Assembly: GCA_964558555.1 (NCBI GenBank)
Contig: CAZLEO010000005.1
Coordinates: 10,968 to 74,967, forward strand
Length of the DNA: 64,000 bases
Source of the DNA: an uncultured Rickettsiales bacterium
GTDB lineage: Bacteria > Myxococcota_A > UBA796 > UBA9615 > CAYRNR01
Direction of reading: 5' to 3'
Under the pieces are notes generated by a model, which was not told where the DNA came from, made no database searches, and saw only the letters and a program-made list of their open reading frames with translations. Below, piece by piece: positions 8,743 to 18,756 of this stretch. The position numbers and the translations under genes were made by a program. Each line of letters begins with the position of its first letter. The stretch's first letter is position 1.

Positions 8743-10311
8743 TCAGCGGCGGACGCCGAACTTGCCGAGGATCCGGTTCAGCGCGTAGCTGACCTCCTCC
8801 AGCCCCAGCACCCGCGCCACGGCGAAGTACACCACCCCGAACGCCGACAGCACGATCACCGCCACCGGGATCGGGTGCCAGTCCGGCAGCACGAACAGCA
8901 CGCCGCGCCCCACGGCGGCCGCCGCGACGGCCGCCGCCGCCATCTTCATCGTCGGCAGCAGGCCCGGGCTCACCGCGCCGATCTTCTTGCTCAGGGAGCG
9001 CCGCAGCAGGGTCCACTCCAGCCAGGCCGCCACCCCCGCGCCCAGGCTCAGCCCCAGCGCGCCCAGGGGCTTGCCCTCGATCAGCACCTGGTCGAGACGC
9101 CACATGATCGCCAGCGCGATCCCGGCCGACGTCAGCACCCGCACCAGCGCGATCCGCGCCGGCGTCTTGGTGTCGTGCAGCGCGAAGAACGCCGACGAGA
9201 ACAACCTCGATCCGGTGGATGCCACCAGTCCCACCGAGTACCCGGCCAGCACCAGGTGCACCAGGACGGTGTCTGCCCGGCCGAAGTCCCCTGACTGGTA
9301 CAGCGCCCCCACGATCACGTCGCCCAGCACCAGGTAGCCCAGGCACGACGGCACCACCAGGAACGCGATGCGCCGCAGGCTGGTGTTGATCCGGCTGCGC
9401 AGCACCTCGGCGGCCTCGCCCCGCTTGCGCGACAGCTCCGGCAGCTCGGCCGCGGCCACGGACATGCCGAACAGGCTCACGGGCAACACGTACAGGGTCT
9501 GGGCGTAGCCCAGCACCGCCACCGCGCCGTGGGCCAGCAGCGACGCCAGCACCAGGTCCAGCCACCCACCCACCTGCACCACACCGCGGCCGAGGATGGC
9601 CGGGCCAGCGTTGCGCACCGCCTCGCGCACCCCCTCGAGCTTGAGGTCCCAGCGGATCTTCAGGCTGCGCTCCAGCCGCAGCACCCACGGCACCTGCACC
9701 GCGAACTGCAGCAGCCCGCCCGCCAGCGCACCCCACGCCAGCGCCACCACCAGATCCGCCCGGTCCAGCCGCCCGCCCAGGGTCACCAGCACGCCGATCA
9801 TCGCGGCGTTCCACAGCACCGGCGCCACGTAGGGGATGAAGAACTTGCGGTGGCTGTTGAGGATGCCCAGCGACCACGCGGCCAGCGCCAGCGTGCCCGT
9901 CATGGGGAAGATGATCCGCGTACACGTGATCGTCAGCTCGCGCCGCTCGCCCTCGAACCCCGGCGCGAACACCGTCACGATCACCGGCGCTAGCCCCACC
10001 CCCACCAGCGTCAGCACCCCCACCACGGCGAGCAGCAGCGCGAAGATCGCCCCGGCCACCCGCCCGGCCTCCTCGTGGCGCTTCTGCTCCAGCAGCTCCG
10101 CGTACACCGGGATGAACGACGCGCTCAGCGTCCCCTCCCCCAGCAGGTTCTGCAGCACGTTGGGCATGCGCAGCGCCGCGCGGAACACGTCGGCGAACAT
10201 GGACGTGCCGAAGTAGTGGGCCAGCACGCGCTCGCGCACCAGCCCCGCGAGGCGGGACAGCAGGATCCCGGAAGCCACCATCACGGCGGCGAATCGGCCC
10301 CTCTTGGCCAT
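8743..10311 (-). CDS. murJ: lipid II flippase MurJ (MviN)
   Basis: 522 aa polytopic protein. MAKRGRFAAVMVASGILLSRLAGLVRERVLAHYFGTSMFADVFRAALRMPNVLQNLLGEGTLSASFIPVY is the canonical MurJ N-terminus. Confidence 0.9.
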   Translation of the reverse strand: MAKRGRFAAVMVASGILLSRLAGLVRERVLAHYFGTSMFADVFRAALRMPNVLQNLLGEGTLSASFIPVYAELLEQKRHEEAGRVAGAIFALLLAVVGVLTLVGVGLAPVIVTVFAPGFEGERRELTITCTRIIFPMTGTLALAAWSLGILNSHRKFFIPYVAPVLWNAAMIGVLVTLGGRLDRADLVVALAWGALAGGLLQFAVQVPWVLRLERSLKIRWDLKLEGVREAVRNAGPAILGRGVVQVGGWLDLVLASLLAHGAVAVLGYAQTLYVLPVSLFGMSVAAAELPELSRKRGEAAEVLRSRINTSLRRIAFLVVPSCLGYLVLGDVIVGALYQSGDFGRADTVLVHLVLAGYSVGLVASTGSRLFSSAFFALHDTKTPARIALVRVLTSAGIALAIMWRLDQVLIEGKPLGALGLSLGAGVAAWLEWTLLRRSLSKKIGAVSPGLLPTMKMAAAAVAAAAVGRGVLFVLPDWHPIPVAVIVLSAFGVVYFAVARVLGLEEVSYALNRILGKFGVRR

Positions 10312-10377
10312 CGACGGATCTTCCCCTGTTTCCCTTGTTCAGCGAAAGGGGGGCGGAGGTTATTCCGATCCGCGACA

Positions 10378-11370
10378 ATGGAGCCCATGCGTCGCTGGCT
10401 CATCGGTCTTGGTGTGGTCCTCGCGGGGGTCGTCGTGGCCCTCGCTGCGGTGTACTACGTCGTGCTGCACCCGTGGCTGGCCATGCCCGGCGGGGACCCG
10501 GCCGAGCTCGAGGACCAGTGGCGGGCTGTGGAGGCGTGGGCCCGGCCGGCGGACGCGTGCTACGGCAGCGCGGACCTGCTGATCATGGCGGCGCGGTCCA
10601 TGGAGGCCGTGGACGCGGACGTGCACGACGCGCTCACCGGCGCCGACGGCTGGCCGCCCCAGGTGGCCCACACGGACCTGCCGCCGGAGTTCGACCACGC
10701 GCTGATGAGCCTGCTGCAGTGGCACCTCGACGGCGGCGGCGTGGATCCGGTGGAGCTCGACGAGGCCGTGGGTGCGCTGGCGGTGTTCGAGCTGGGCAAG
10801 GCCGCGGTGGCGTCGGCGGGCTCGGTGGACCCCGCCCTGGTGGAGGAGGCGGTGCTGCGCCTGGGGTGGACCTACCGCGAGTGCGGCCAGATGATCCACG
10901 GCGCCGTCGGCTTCGAGCTGGCCGAGCTCGTCGCCGAGAACGCACAACAGCGCGGCACGTCCCCCACCGAGGTCCACCGCACGTACCGGCCGACCCAGGA
11001 GCAGGTCTTCGGCATCGCCGCCCGCGAGGCCGTGTTCACCCACGAGCTCGCCTCATCCGAGCTCAAGCGCTCCCTGAACTCCCACAACCTCAACGGCGCG
11101 CCGGGCATCGTCCCCGGCCTCGTGGACCCGGACCGGGAGCTGGCCATGCTGCGCCAGTTCTGGGGCTCACGCCTCGCCGCAGCGTCCGTTGATCCAACCG
11201 ACGGCGACCTGCTCGTGCGCCAGTTCGAGGCTGAGCAGGACGACCTGCCCCACTCCCTGGTGGTGCGGATCATCGGCCTGGGCACGGACCACATGCTGAG
11301 CAACCTCGTCGACGGGGTTGCCGAGTACGACGCGTTCTTGAAGGGAGCGGGCGGGCCGGCTCAGAAGTAG
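10378..11370 (+). CDS. hypothetical membrane-anchored protein
   Basis: ATG at 10378 gives MEPMRRWLIGLGVVLAGVVVALAAVYYVVL, an N-terminal TM, followed by a 300-aa soluble domain. GC3 is high. Confidence 0.6.
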   Translation: MEPMRRWLIGLGVVLAGVVVALAAVYYVVLHPWLAMPGGDPAELEDQWRAVEAWARPADACYGSADLLIMAARSMEAVDADVHDALTGADGWPPQVAHTDLPPEFDHALMSLLQWHLDGGGVDPVELDEAVGALAVFELGKAAVASAGSVDPALVEEAVLRLGWTYRECGQMIHGAVGFELAELVAENAQQRGTSPTEVHRTYRPTQEQVFGIAAREAVFTHELASSELKRSLNSHNLNGAPGIVPGLVDPDRELAMLRQFWGSRLAAASVDPTDGDLLVRQFEAEQDDLPHSLVVRIIGLGTDHMLSNLVDGVAEYDAFLKGAGGPAQK

Positions 11371-12062
11371 GTGCCGTCCGCCTCGACGTAGATGTCCGCG
11401 TCCACCCCGTCGTCATCGAGGGTGCCCCAGGCGAAGGGGGTTTCGGCGGCGTGGCTCCACCAGCTGCCCGAAGACTGGACCGGGGGGTCGTAGCACAGCG
11501 ACAGGCACAGCAGCTCGGGGTTCTCGCCGACCATCTCGATGGCCACGAACAGGTACTGGCCGCTGGTGATCTCGATCTCGGGGTAGATGTGCTCGTAGAT
11601 CTCGCGGTCGGACAGGTTGCCGGGGGAGTCCGGGACCTCCATCTCGAACACGGGCAACTCGTCCGCGGGGGGCGACGAGGACGAATCGACGTACAGCCGC
11701 AGGCGGTGGCCCAGGTCCGGGCGGCAGGTCACGCTGCCGGCGCTGCCGCCCTCGAGCAGGTAGCGGATGGACCGCACGCTGAAGGGGTAGCCCTCCGGCG
11801 TGAGCTTCACCGCCGCCCAGAAGCCCACGTCCGTGGTGCCGGGGTACAGGTAGCCCGGGTCGTAGCAGTAGTCGGGGCTGTTGGTCAGGGTGCCGCCGCC
11901 CTGGGGGCCGGTGTCGTCGTCGTCGTCGAGATCGGGCCACTCGTCGGCGGCGGAATCGTCGTCGTTCTCGTCGTCGTCGTTGAGCCAGCAGCCGGTCCCG
12001 GCGAGGCAGAGCAGGCCGGACAGGGCTGCGAGGATGGCGAGGTGTGAGGGCTGGCTGACCAT
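11361..12062 (-). CDS. acidic secreted lipoprotein with poly-Asp linker
   Basis: Start at ATG 12062 gives MVSQPSHLAILAALSGLLCLAGTGCW. It is followed by NDDDENDDDSAADEWPDLDDDDDTG and then a globular domain. Confidence 0.6.
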   Translation of the reverse strand: MVSQPSHLAILAALSGLLCLAGTGCWLNDDDENDDDSAADEWPDLDDDDDTGPQGGGTLTNSPDYCYDPGYLYPGTTDVGFWAAVKLTPEGYPFSVRSIRYLLEGGSAGSVTCRPDLGHRLRLYVDSSSSPPADELPVFEMEVPDSPGNLSDREIYEHIYPEIEITSGQYLFVAIEMVGENPELLCLSLCYDPPVQSSGSWWSHAAETPFAWGTLDDDGVDADIYVEADGTYF

Positions 12063-12292
12063 GGGCGTCAGTCTACCTGGCGTAGCGGAATCCTGCCCAG
12101 TTGGGGTTGTAGCCGTATGGATGATCAGGGGGGATCGCACTGGCCGAAGTTGGGGTACTCGCCCGGGGCGCCGTCCCCGCAGCCCCAGCACGCGAAGGCG
12201 CCGGCCGTGGTCAGACCGCAGCTGTGGTGGTCTGCGGCGGTTGACAGATTGTCTACCCTCCGGTAGGGAAAACAGTACCCCTGGGAAGGCAA

Positions 12293-12916
12293 ATGACCGC
12301 GCACAAGACCACCGGCGAGATGAAGGCCCGCATCCGGGACGAGGCGACCAAGCTGTTCGGGCAGCGTGGCTACTCGGAGACGCCGCTGGACGCGGTGGCC
12401 AAGGCCGTGGGCATCCGCAAGGCCTCGCTGCTGTACCACTTCAGCACCAAGGAGAAGCTGCGGGTCGAGGTGGTGCGCCAGATGATGGAGCAGTGGAAGG
12501 AGGAGATCCCCCGCCTGCTGACCACGGCCGCGCCCGCCCAGGACCGCTTCACCACCACCATCACCGCGGTGGTGGGCTACTTCGTGGAGAACCCCGACCG
12601 CGCACGCCTGTGCGTCCGCGAGGCCATGGACCGGCCCGAGCCGCTGCAGGAGCTGATCCGCGAGCACCTGCGCCCGTGGCTGATGCTGATGGCGGACTAC
12701 ATCCGGCTGGGCAAGCAGGGCGGCGGGATCGACGAGGACGTGGACGCGGAGGCCTACCTGATCCACGTGATGCTGATGGCCATCTCCATGGTGGCGTTCG
12801 CGCCGGTGGGGTCGGCCATCTCCGACACGCCCGAGCCCGAATCGGTGGCGCGCCAGAAGAAGGAGCTGGTGCGCATGGCCAAGCGGGCGCTGTTCACCCG
12901 CGTCAAGAAGGCCTGA
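12293..12916 (+). CDS. TetR/AcrR family transcriptional regulator
   Basis: RIRDEATKLFGQRGYSETPLDAVAKAVGIRKASLLYHFSTKEKL is a TetR HTH. TTGACA (12241-12246) and a GACAgatTGTC inverted repeat lie upstream. Confidence 0.9.
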   Translation: MTAHKTTGEMKARIRDEATKLFGQRGYSETPLDAVAKAVGIRKASLLYHFSTKEKLRVEVVRQMMEQWKEEIPRLLTTAAPAQDRFTTTITAVVGYFVENPDRARLCVREAMDRPEPLQELIREHLRPWLMLMADYIRLGKQGGGIDEDVDAEAYLIHVMLMAISMVAFAPVGSAISDTPEPESVARQKKELVRMAKRALFTRVKKA

Positions 12917-15680
12917 GCCGGCGCCACAGCGCCAGCAATCCCAGCAACCCCAGCGCTGACACACCGCCCGCCGAGGGCTCGTGGCCGCACGAGCAGCCGC
13001 CCTCTTCGCCCGACTCGGGCCGCCCGTCCGGGTCGACGCCGGGATCGGGGTCCTCAGGATCGAACTCCTCGCCGCCGCCGTCGTCCTCCTCCGGAGCGAC
13101 CATCTCGTACAGGCACACGTCGTCGAGGGTCCACCCGCCGAACTGCAGGTACTGATCGGACTCGATCTCCCAGCTCACCTGGACCCCGGACTGGCCGGCC
13201 CAGGCCGAGAGGTCCAGGTCCACCATGATCCACTCGTGGTCCTCGTGGTGGACCTCGCCGTCCGCCGGCGCGTTGGCCCAGACCTCGGTGCCGTTGACCA
13301 GGACGCGGGCGCGGTCGTAGATGCCGTCCTCCACCCCCAGCCAGCGGCGGAAGTGCAGGCGCACGCCCTCGTAGGCGCTCAGGTCCCACGTCGGCCCGTA
13401 CAGCACGTTGCTCTTCTCGTTCTGGTACATGCCGTCCCAGTCGGGATCCAGAGCCAGGTCGTTGCCCCAGGCGTAGCTGCCGCTGTACGCGCCCGACGGG
13501 TCCCCTCCCCCGCCCATGGGCTGGCCGCGCATCCAGTCGTCCGCCCCCTCGGCGTACTCACCGCTGAGCAGGGCGTGAGTCCAGGTCCCCGAGTCGGTCT
13601 CGAAGTCGTCGCAGACGATCTCCGACAGCCCGCCCACGTAGGTGTAGTACGCGGGATCGGCGGGGTTGCCCGGCAGGGTGAACACCGCGCCGCTGTCCGA
13701 GTCCTCGGCCTCGATGCGGTAGCGAACCAGCGTGCGATCCGGCACCGGCGGCAGGTCGTCGGTGTACACGCCGCCACCCTGCGGCTGCATGGTGCGACTC
13801 TTCCAGGAGACGCCGTCGTCGGTGGAGTACACCAGCCGCACCTCGCCCACCTGGCCGTCGGAGCACTCCGGCACGGAGATCGCCACCTCGATGGGCATGG
13901 GCACCATCGGCGAGGCCACGCGGGTGATGGGCTCGTGGTCCATCACCAGGGCGCTGAACTCGGTGCCCGTGGACAGGCCGTGCTGGCCGAAGGCGCGCTC
14001 GATGGCGCACACGTTGGGGGTGCCGTCGGCTAGATTGCCGTTGTCGTCGTCGGAGACCAGGGCCGCCTCGTACGTGGAAGGGATATCGGTGGAGATCTTG
14101 ACCATGCCGGTGAAGATCTCGCCGGCCGCGTCCTCGCCCGCGCCCTGGCCCAGGTCGTCCATCAGCTCGGTGCGCATGTCCCACACGGCGCCGCCGACGA
14201 TCAGCCCGTCGTGGTGGGACTGGCCGATGGTGTCCTCGGGGTAGACCTGATTCGGCTCCACGTCCCGCAGCGCGCCGCCGCTGGTGTAGAAGTACGGCCC
14301 GACGCGGCTGTCGCCGGTGTTCATGAACGACATGGAGTCCGCGTACCCCTCGCCCACGTCGCTGTAGAAGTCCCCCACCCCCCAGATGACGCTGGCGTAG
14401 TGAAATCCGTGGCCGAACTCGTGGTAGACGATGTCCGCGACCAGCGCCGTGTTGTTGCAGCCCGATCCGTACCGCAGGAAGGTGATGTCGCCGTCCCACC
14501 AGGCGTTACAGCTGCTGTAGTAGTTCGTGTACACGGTCAGCGTCTGGTCCAGCCAGCTCACGTCGTGCACGAAGCCCCTGGCGTAGTCGCGGGCGTCGGT
14601 GGCGAAGCGGTAGGCGTGCAGCTGGGCCTCGCTGGTCTCGCCGCTGGTCGACCAGGTGGCGGAGCCGCCGTCGGAGACCGAGCCGGCGCTCCAGGTCAGG
14701 TCGCCGCCGGCGAGGTTGTTGACGTTGGCGTAGTGGCCGCGGATCTCGGCGCTGAGGCTGGTCGAGCTGCCCGACGCCGTGAACTGCCCGCTGGCGTCTG
14801 TGTGGCTCGATCCGTCGCTGGTGGAGATGGCCAGGTACGGGGCCGGGGAGTCCACCGAGGCGCCGCCCGGGTTGCGATCGTTGTGGCGGATCTTCGCCGT
14901 GCCCGTCATGAACAGTCGATCGTCTCGCAGCGCCAGCAATCCGCCCTCGACGGCGTCCACGAACGCGGTCCAGCGCCCCTCGGCCGGCGCGTGCAGCCCC
15001 ACGACCCAGGCCAGCCGCAGGTCGATGCGGTCGGGAAACTCGAGAGGTACGAACGCCAGGTCCACCGACTCCACGTCGGCGGCGATCCCCCACGCGTCCA
15101 GCTCGTCCAGGGCCAGATCGACGGCGGCGACCTCGGCCACGCGCGGACGGCTCGGCCCGCGGTCGGGGGCGAAGCAGCGGGCGCCCAGCCAGAACAGCCG
15201 GCCGTCGCGGATGGCCACGAAGGTGCTCGCCCGCCACACCTCCACGCCGTCGATCCGCTGGGCGTGGCTGACGTAGCGCACGCCGCGGCTGGACACGTTG
15301 GACCAGACCTCCAGATCCTCCGGGTCCACCCCTGCGGGCAGCAGGTAGGCGTGCTCGCGCCAGAAGGCCTCGGCCGCCTCGACGGCCGCGGCCGGGTCCT
15401 GATCGGCCCCCGCGTCCACGGCGATCCCCTCCCCCCACAGGTGCACGAATTGCCCGTTGGGTCCAAACCGGCGCTGGGTCCACGCGTCCCCGTGCGCCTC
15501 GACGAAGGCGAGCGGCGCCGGGCCCACGTGGCTGGCTGGATCGGGATCCCCGTGACCGGCGATCCACAGCGCCTCGGTGGGCACGGACTCGACGCGGATC
15601 TCGGGCGCAACCGCCGCCTGCGCTGCGCTCCAGACGACCAGCGCCACGACCAGCGACATCCCCGGCAGAGCTCGTCTCAT
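12903..15680 (-). CDS. secreted zinc metalloprotease (HExxH) with pro-region, C-terminal beta-sandwich domain and MYXO-CTERM-like sorting tail
   Basis: Signal peptide MRRALPGMSLVVALVVWSAAQAA. VYHEFGHGFH is a zinc-binding motif. The C-terminus GGCSCGHEPSAGGVSALGLLGLLALWRRLRPS (Cys cluster, hydrophobic stretch, Arg-rich end) resembles MYXO-CTERM. Confidence 0.8.
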   Translation of the reverse strand: MRRALPGMSLVVALVVWSAAQAAVAPEIRVESVPTEALWIAGHGDPDPASHVGPAPLAFVEAHGDAWTQRRFGPNGQFVHLWGEGIAVDAGADQDPAAAVEAAEAFWREHAYLLPAGVDPEDLEVWSNVSSRGVRYVSHAQRIDGVEVWRASTFVAIRDGRLFWLGARCFAPDRGPSRPRVAEVAAVDLALDELDAWGIAADVESVDLAFVPLEFPDRIDLRLAWVVGLHAPAEGRWTAFVDAVEGGLLALRDDRLFMTGTAKIRHNDRNPGGASVDSPAPYLAISTSDGSSHTDASGQFTASGSSTSLSAEIRGHYANVNNLAGGDLTWSAGSVSDGGSATWSTSGETSEAQLHAYRFATDARDYARGFVHDVSWLDQTLTVYTNYYSSCNAWWDGDITFLRYGSGCNNTALVADIVYHEFGHGFHYASVIWGVGDFYSDVGEGYADSMSFMNTGDSRVGPYFYTSGGALRDVEPNQVYPEDTIGQSHHDGLIVGGAVWDMRTELMDDLGQGAGEDAAGEIFTGMVKISTDIPSTYEAALVSDDDNGNLADGTPNVCAIERAFGQHGLSTGTEFSALVMDHEPITRVASPMVPMPIEVAISVPECSDGQVGEVRLVYSTDDGVSWKSRTMQPQGGGVYTDDLPPVPDRTLVRYRIEAEDSDSGAVFTLPGNPADPAYYTYVGGLSEIVCDDFETDSGTWTHALLSGEYAEGADDWMRGQPMGGGGDPSGAYSGSYAWGNDLALDPDWDGMYQNEKSNVLYGPTWDLSAYEGVRLHFRRWLGVEDGIYDRARVLVNGTEVWANAPADGEVHHEDHEWIMVDLDLSAWAGQSGVQVSWEIESDQYLQFGGWTLDDVCLYEMVAPEEDDGGGEEFDPEDPDPGVDPDGRPESGEEGGCSCGHEPSAGGVSALGLLGLLALWRRLRPS

Positions 15681-15848
15681 GGTCCCTCCCGTGGTGGAAG
15701 AACGCGCCCACGAGGGCGCCTACCGATCATCTTGCGCATCTTTCTCTACCACATGGTAGTCAAAATATAATCAAGACTGCGCCGCACGACGTCGCATCAT
15801 TCCGTTTCTGATTTCAACGCCATACACTCGATCTCGGCGGCGAGGAGC
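15681..15848. promoter_or_regulatory. AT-rich divergent promoter region between the metalloprotease and C25-like peptidase genes
   Basis: 168 nt, much lower GC than the genome, containing caaaaTATAATcaag. It lies between divergent start codons at 15680 and 15849. Confidence 0.4.
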
Positions 15849-18755
15849 ATGAAGAATCTACGCACGAGATCAGGCCAGATCCGAACGAATGTTCGATCTA
15901 TTTCTACCGGCTGGTTGAAATTCTTGATCCTGCTCGTGGCGTTCGCGCCCCTGCCCGCCGCCGCGGACGCGATCGTGGACGTCGTCGAGGACTCGGGGGA
16001 CCGGATCGTCCTCGAGATCAGCGTCCACGACCTCCACCTCTCCCCCGTGGAGATCGACGGGGACGTCTACTTCGAGGTGTCCCTCGATGGCGAGAGTCCG
16101 CTCAAGCGGGCCGGCGCCCCGGAGCTGCCCACGGTGGCGCGCAGCGTGATCGTCCCATCTGACGGCCGCCTGGCCGTGCAGGTCCTGGACCACGACTCCT
16201 ACGAGATCCCCGACATCGACGTCGTCCCCTCCAAGGGGATCCTGTACCGCACGGTCGATCCGGCGGACGTACCCCACGAGTTCGGCGACGCCTACCTCGA
16301 AGACTCGGACTACCCCGGCGACCTGGTCGCCATGCGCCCCCCCTACGTGCTGCGCGACCGCCGCGGCGTGGTCGTGGAGGCCTACCCGCTGCAGTACAAC
16401 CCGGCCCAGCGGGTGCTCCGCGTGATCGACCGGATGACCGTCGAGGTCACGCGCATCGGCCCCGGCGGCGAGAATGCCCTGCTGGGCGCCCCCGAACGCC
16501 CCAGCGCCGCCTTCGACCGCATCTACGCGAACCACTTCGTCAACGCCGGCGACGAGGACGACGGCCGCTACGCGCCGCTGGACGAGGAAGGCGAGATGCT
16601 GATCATCGCCGCCGACGCGTACCTGTCCAGCGTCGAGCCGCTGGTGGCGCACAAGAACGGCATCGGCATCCCCACCACCGCCGTCGGCGTGGGCTCCATC
16701 GGCAACAGCTCGGGGGCCATCGGCGGGTACATCGCCGACCAGTACGCCTCGAGCAACCTCGCGTTCGTGCTGCTGGTGGGGGACGCGAACCAGGTGGCCA
16801 CGCCGTATGTGGGCTACGCCGCCGCCGACCCCACCTACGCCACCGTCTCGGGCAACGACAACTACCCCGACATCCTCGTGGGGCGGTTCTCCGCCGAGAG
16901 CACCTCCCAGGTGGACACGCAGGTCAGCCGCACCATCGAGTACGAGACGCTCCCCGCCACGGCCCAGTCGTGGTTCCTCAAGGGTATGGGCATCGGCTCG
17001 GAGGAGGGACCGGGCGACGACGGCGAGTACGACTGGGAGCACATCGACCGCATCCGCGGCGACCTGCTCGGCCACGGCTACTCCGAGGTGGACCAGTTCT
17101 ACGGCTACAGCGCCTCGGCCAGCGACGTCCGCAACGCCCTGAACGAGGGCCGCGGCATCGTCAACTACTGCGGCCACGGCTGGGACGGGGGCTGGGTCAC
17201 CACCGGCTTCTCCAACTCCGACGTGAACTCCCTGTCCAACGTCGGCCGCCTGCCGTTCATCGTCACGGTGGGCTGCAACGTGGGCGAGTTCGACCACACC
17301 ACCTGCTTTGCCGAGTCGTGGCTGCACGCCACCAGCGGCAGCTCGCCCACGGGCGCGATCGCGTTCTATGGATCCACCATCAGCCAGTCCTGGGACCCGC
17401 CCATGAGCGCCCAGGACGAGTTCAACGACCTGCTGGTGTCCGAGCAGTACGTCAGCTTCGGCGCCCTGGCCTTTGCCGGCGCGTGCCGGATGATGGACGA
17501 CTACGGCGGGTCCGGGGCCAACGAGTTCAACTACTGGACGATCTTCGGCGACCCGTCCCTGCGGGTGGTCGGGGCGGCCCAGCCCGCGGGTGGGCTGTCC
17601 GTCGAACCCGCCGACGGGTTCTTCACCGAGGGCAGCGCCGGGGGGCCGTTCTCGCCGCCGGACAGGACCTACACCCTGACCAACCACGGCGACCACGCCA
17701 TCGACTACGCGGTCAGCCACGGCCACGGCTGGCTCGAAGTCGACGCCTCGTCGGGGACGCTGCAACCGGGCAGCAGCCGGTCGGTGACGGTGTCCGCCGG
17801 CGGCGAGGCGTACACCCTGGGCAACGGCGCCTACGACGACACGCTGGAGTTCGTCAACACCACCGACCACGAGGGCGACACCAGCCGGACCGCAGCGCTG
17901 ACCATCGGCGTGCCCGAGATCCAGTACGTGTGGAACCTCAACGAGGACCCCGGCTGGACCACCGAGGGGGAGTGGGCCCTGGGCGAGCCGTCCGGCGCCG
18001 GCGGGGAGTACGGCAACCGCGATCCCACGGAGGGGTTCACCGGCCACAAGGTCTACGGGTACAACCTGCACGGCGACTACCCCAACGAGATGGCCGAGCA
18101 GCACCTCACGACCGCGGCCATCGACTGCTCGTTCCTCGACCAGGTGACCCTGCGGTTCTGGCGCTGGCTGGGGGTCGAGTCCAGCGAGTTCGACCACGCC
18201 TACGTCAAGGTCAGCCGCGACGGCCAGGCCTGGTCCACCGTGTGGCAGAACACCGACGAGCTCGCCGACTCCGAGTGGACCCCCCAGGAGATCGACATCT
18301 CCTCCATCGCCGACCGACAGAGCACCGTGTACATCCGCTGGACCATGGGCTCCACGGACGAGGGGTGGCGCTACTGCGGCTGGAACATCGACGACATCGA
18401 GCTGCTCGGCGTGGGCGACGCCGCGTGCTGGGACGCCGACCAGGACGGCTTCACGTCCTCGGAATGTGGCGGCGACGACTGCCAGGACGACGCCTACGAC
18501 ATCCGCCCGAACACCTACGAGGTCTGTGACGACCTCATGGACAACAACTGCGACGGCCTGGTGGACGCCATGGACCCGGGCTGCGGCGGTGGGGGCGGGG
18601 GCACCGAGGAGGGCGAGGCCGGGTACGAGGCCGGCTGCTCGTGCCGCGCCGACGACGACGCTCCGACGGCTCCCTGGGCCGCGATCGCCCTGGCGGCCGC
18701 ACTCACTGCAATCCGGCGGCGCCGCCACTCGACGGCAAGGGAGGAGGGGGGCTGA
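15849..18755 (+). CDS. clan CD cysteine peptidase, C25 (gingipain)-like, with propeptide, Ig-like/CARDB-type domains, Cys-rich metal-binding-type repeat and MYXO-CTERM-like tail
   Basis: IIAADAYLSSVEPLVAHKNGIGIPT, LLVGDANQVATPYVGY, YPDILVGRFSAES, VNYCGHGW and TVGCNVGEF resemble gingipain family blocks. The C-terminus has CWDADQDGF..CGGDDCQDD..CDDLMDNNCDGLVD and then GCSCRADDDAPTAPWAAIALAAALTAIRRRR. The alternative TTG start at 15915 gives a cleaner signal peptide (MKFLILLVAFAPLPAAADA). Confidence 0.65.
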   Translation: MKNLRTRSGQIRTNVRSISTGWLKFLILLVAFAPLPAAADAIVDVVEDSGDRIVLEISVHDLHLSPVEIDGDVYFEVSLDGESPLKRAGAPELPTVARSVIVPSDGRLAVQVLDHDSYEIPDIDVVPSKGILYRTVDPADVPHEFGDAYLEDSDYPGDLVAMRPPYVLRDRRGVVVEAYPLQYNPAQRVLRVIDRMTVEVTRIGPGGENALLGAPERPSAAFDRIYANHFVNAGDEDDGRYAPLDEEGEMLIIAADAYLSSVEPLVAHKNGIGIPTTAVGVGSIGNSSGAIGGYIADQYASSNLAFVLLVGDANQVATPYVGYAAADPTYATVSGNDNYPDILVGRFSAESTSQVDTQVSRTIEYETLPATAQSWFLKGMGIGSEEGPGDDGEYDWEHIDRIRGDLLGHGYSEVDQFYGYSASASDVRNALNEGRGIVNYCGHGWDGGWVTTGFSNSDVNSLSNVGRLPFIVTVGCNVGEFDHTTCFAESWLHATSGSSPTGAIAFYGSTISQSWDPPMSAQDEFNDLLVSEQYVSFGALAFAGACRMMDDYGGSGANEFNYWTIFGDPSLRVVGAAQPAGGLSVEPADGFFTEGSAGGPFSPPDRTYTLTNHGDHAIDYAVSHGHGWLEVDASSGTLQPGSSRSVTVSAGGEAYTLGNGAYDDTLEFVNTTDHEGDTSRTAALTIGVPEIQYVWNLNEDPGWTTEGEWALGEPSGAGGEYGNRDPTEGFTGHKVYGYNLHGDYPNEMAEQHLTTAAIDCSFLDQVTLRFWRWLGVESSEFDHAYVKVSRDGQAWSTVWQNTDELADSEWTPQEIDISSIADRQSTVYIRWTMGSTDEGWRYCGWNIDDIELLGVGDAACWDADQDGFTSSECGGDDCQDDAYDIRPNTYEVCDDLMDNNCDGLVDAMDPGCGGGGGGTEEGEAGYEAGCSCRADDDAPTAPWAAIALAAALTAIRRRRHSTAREEGG

Positions 18756-18756
18756 G

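Noticed and set aside
12125-12292. Small Cys-rich peptide-like frame (..CGLTTAGAFACWGCGDGAPGEYPNFGQCDPP) upstream of the TetR gene on the minus strand, considered as a RiPP precursor.
   Set aside because: It has no start codon within the intergenic region and is part of a long antisense ORF across the TetR gene. The region is better explained as the TetR promoter/operator (TTGACA and GACAgatTGTC).
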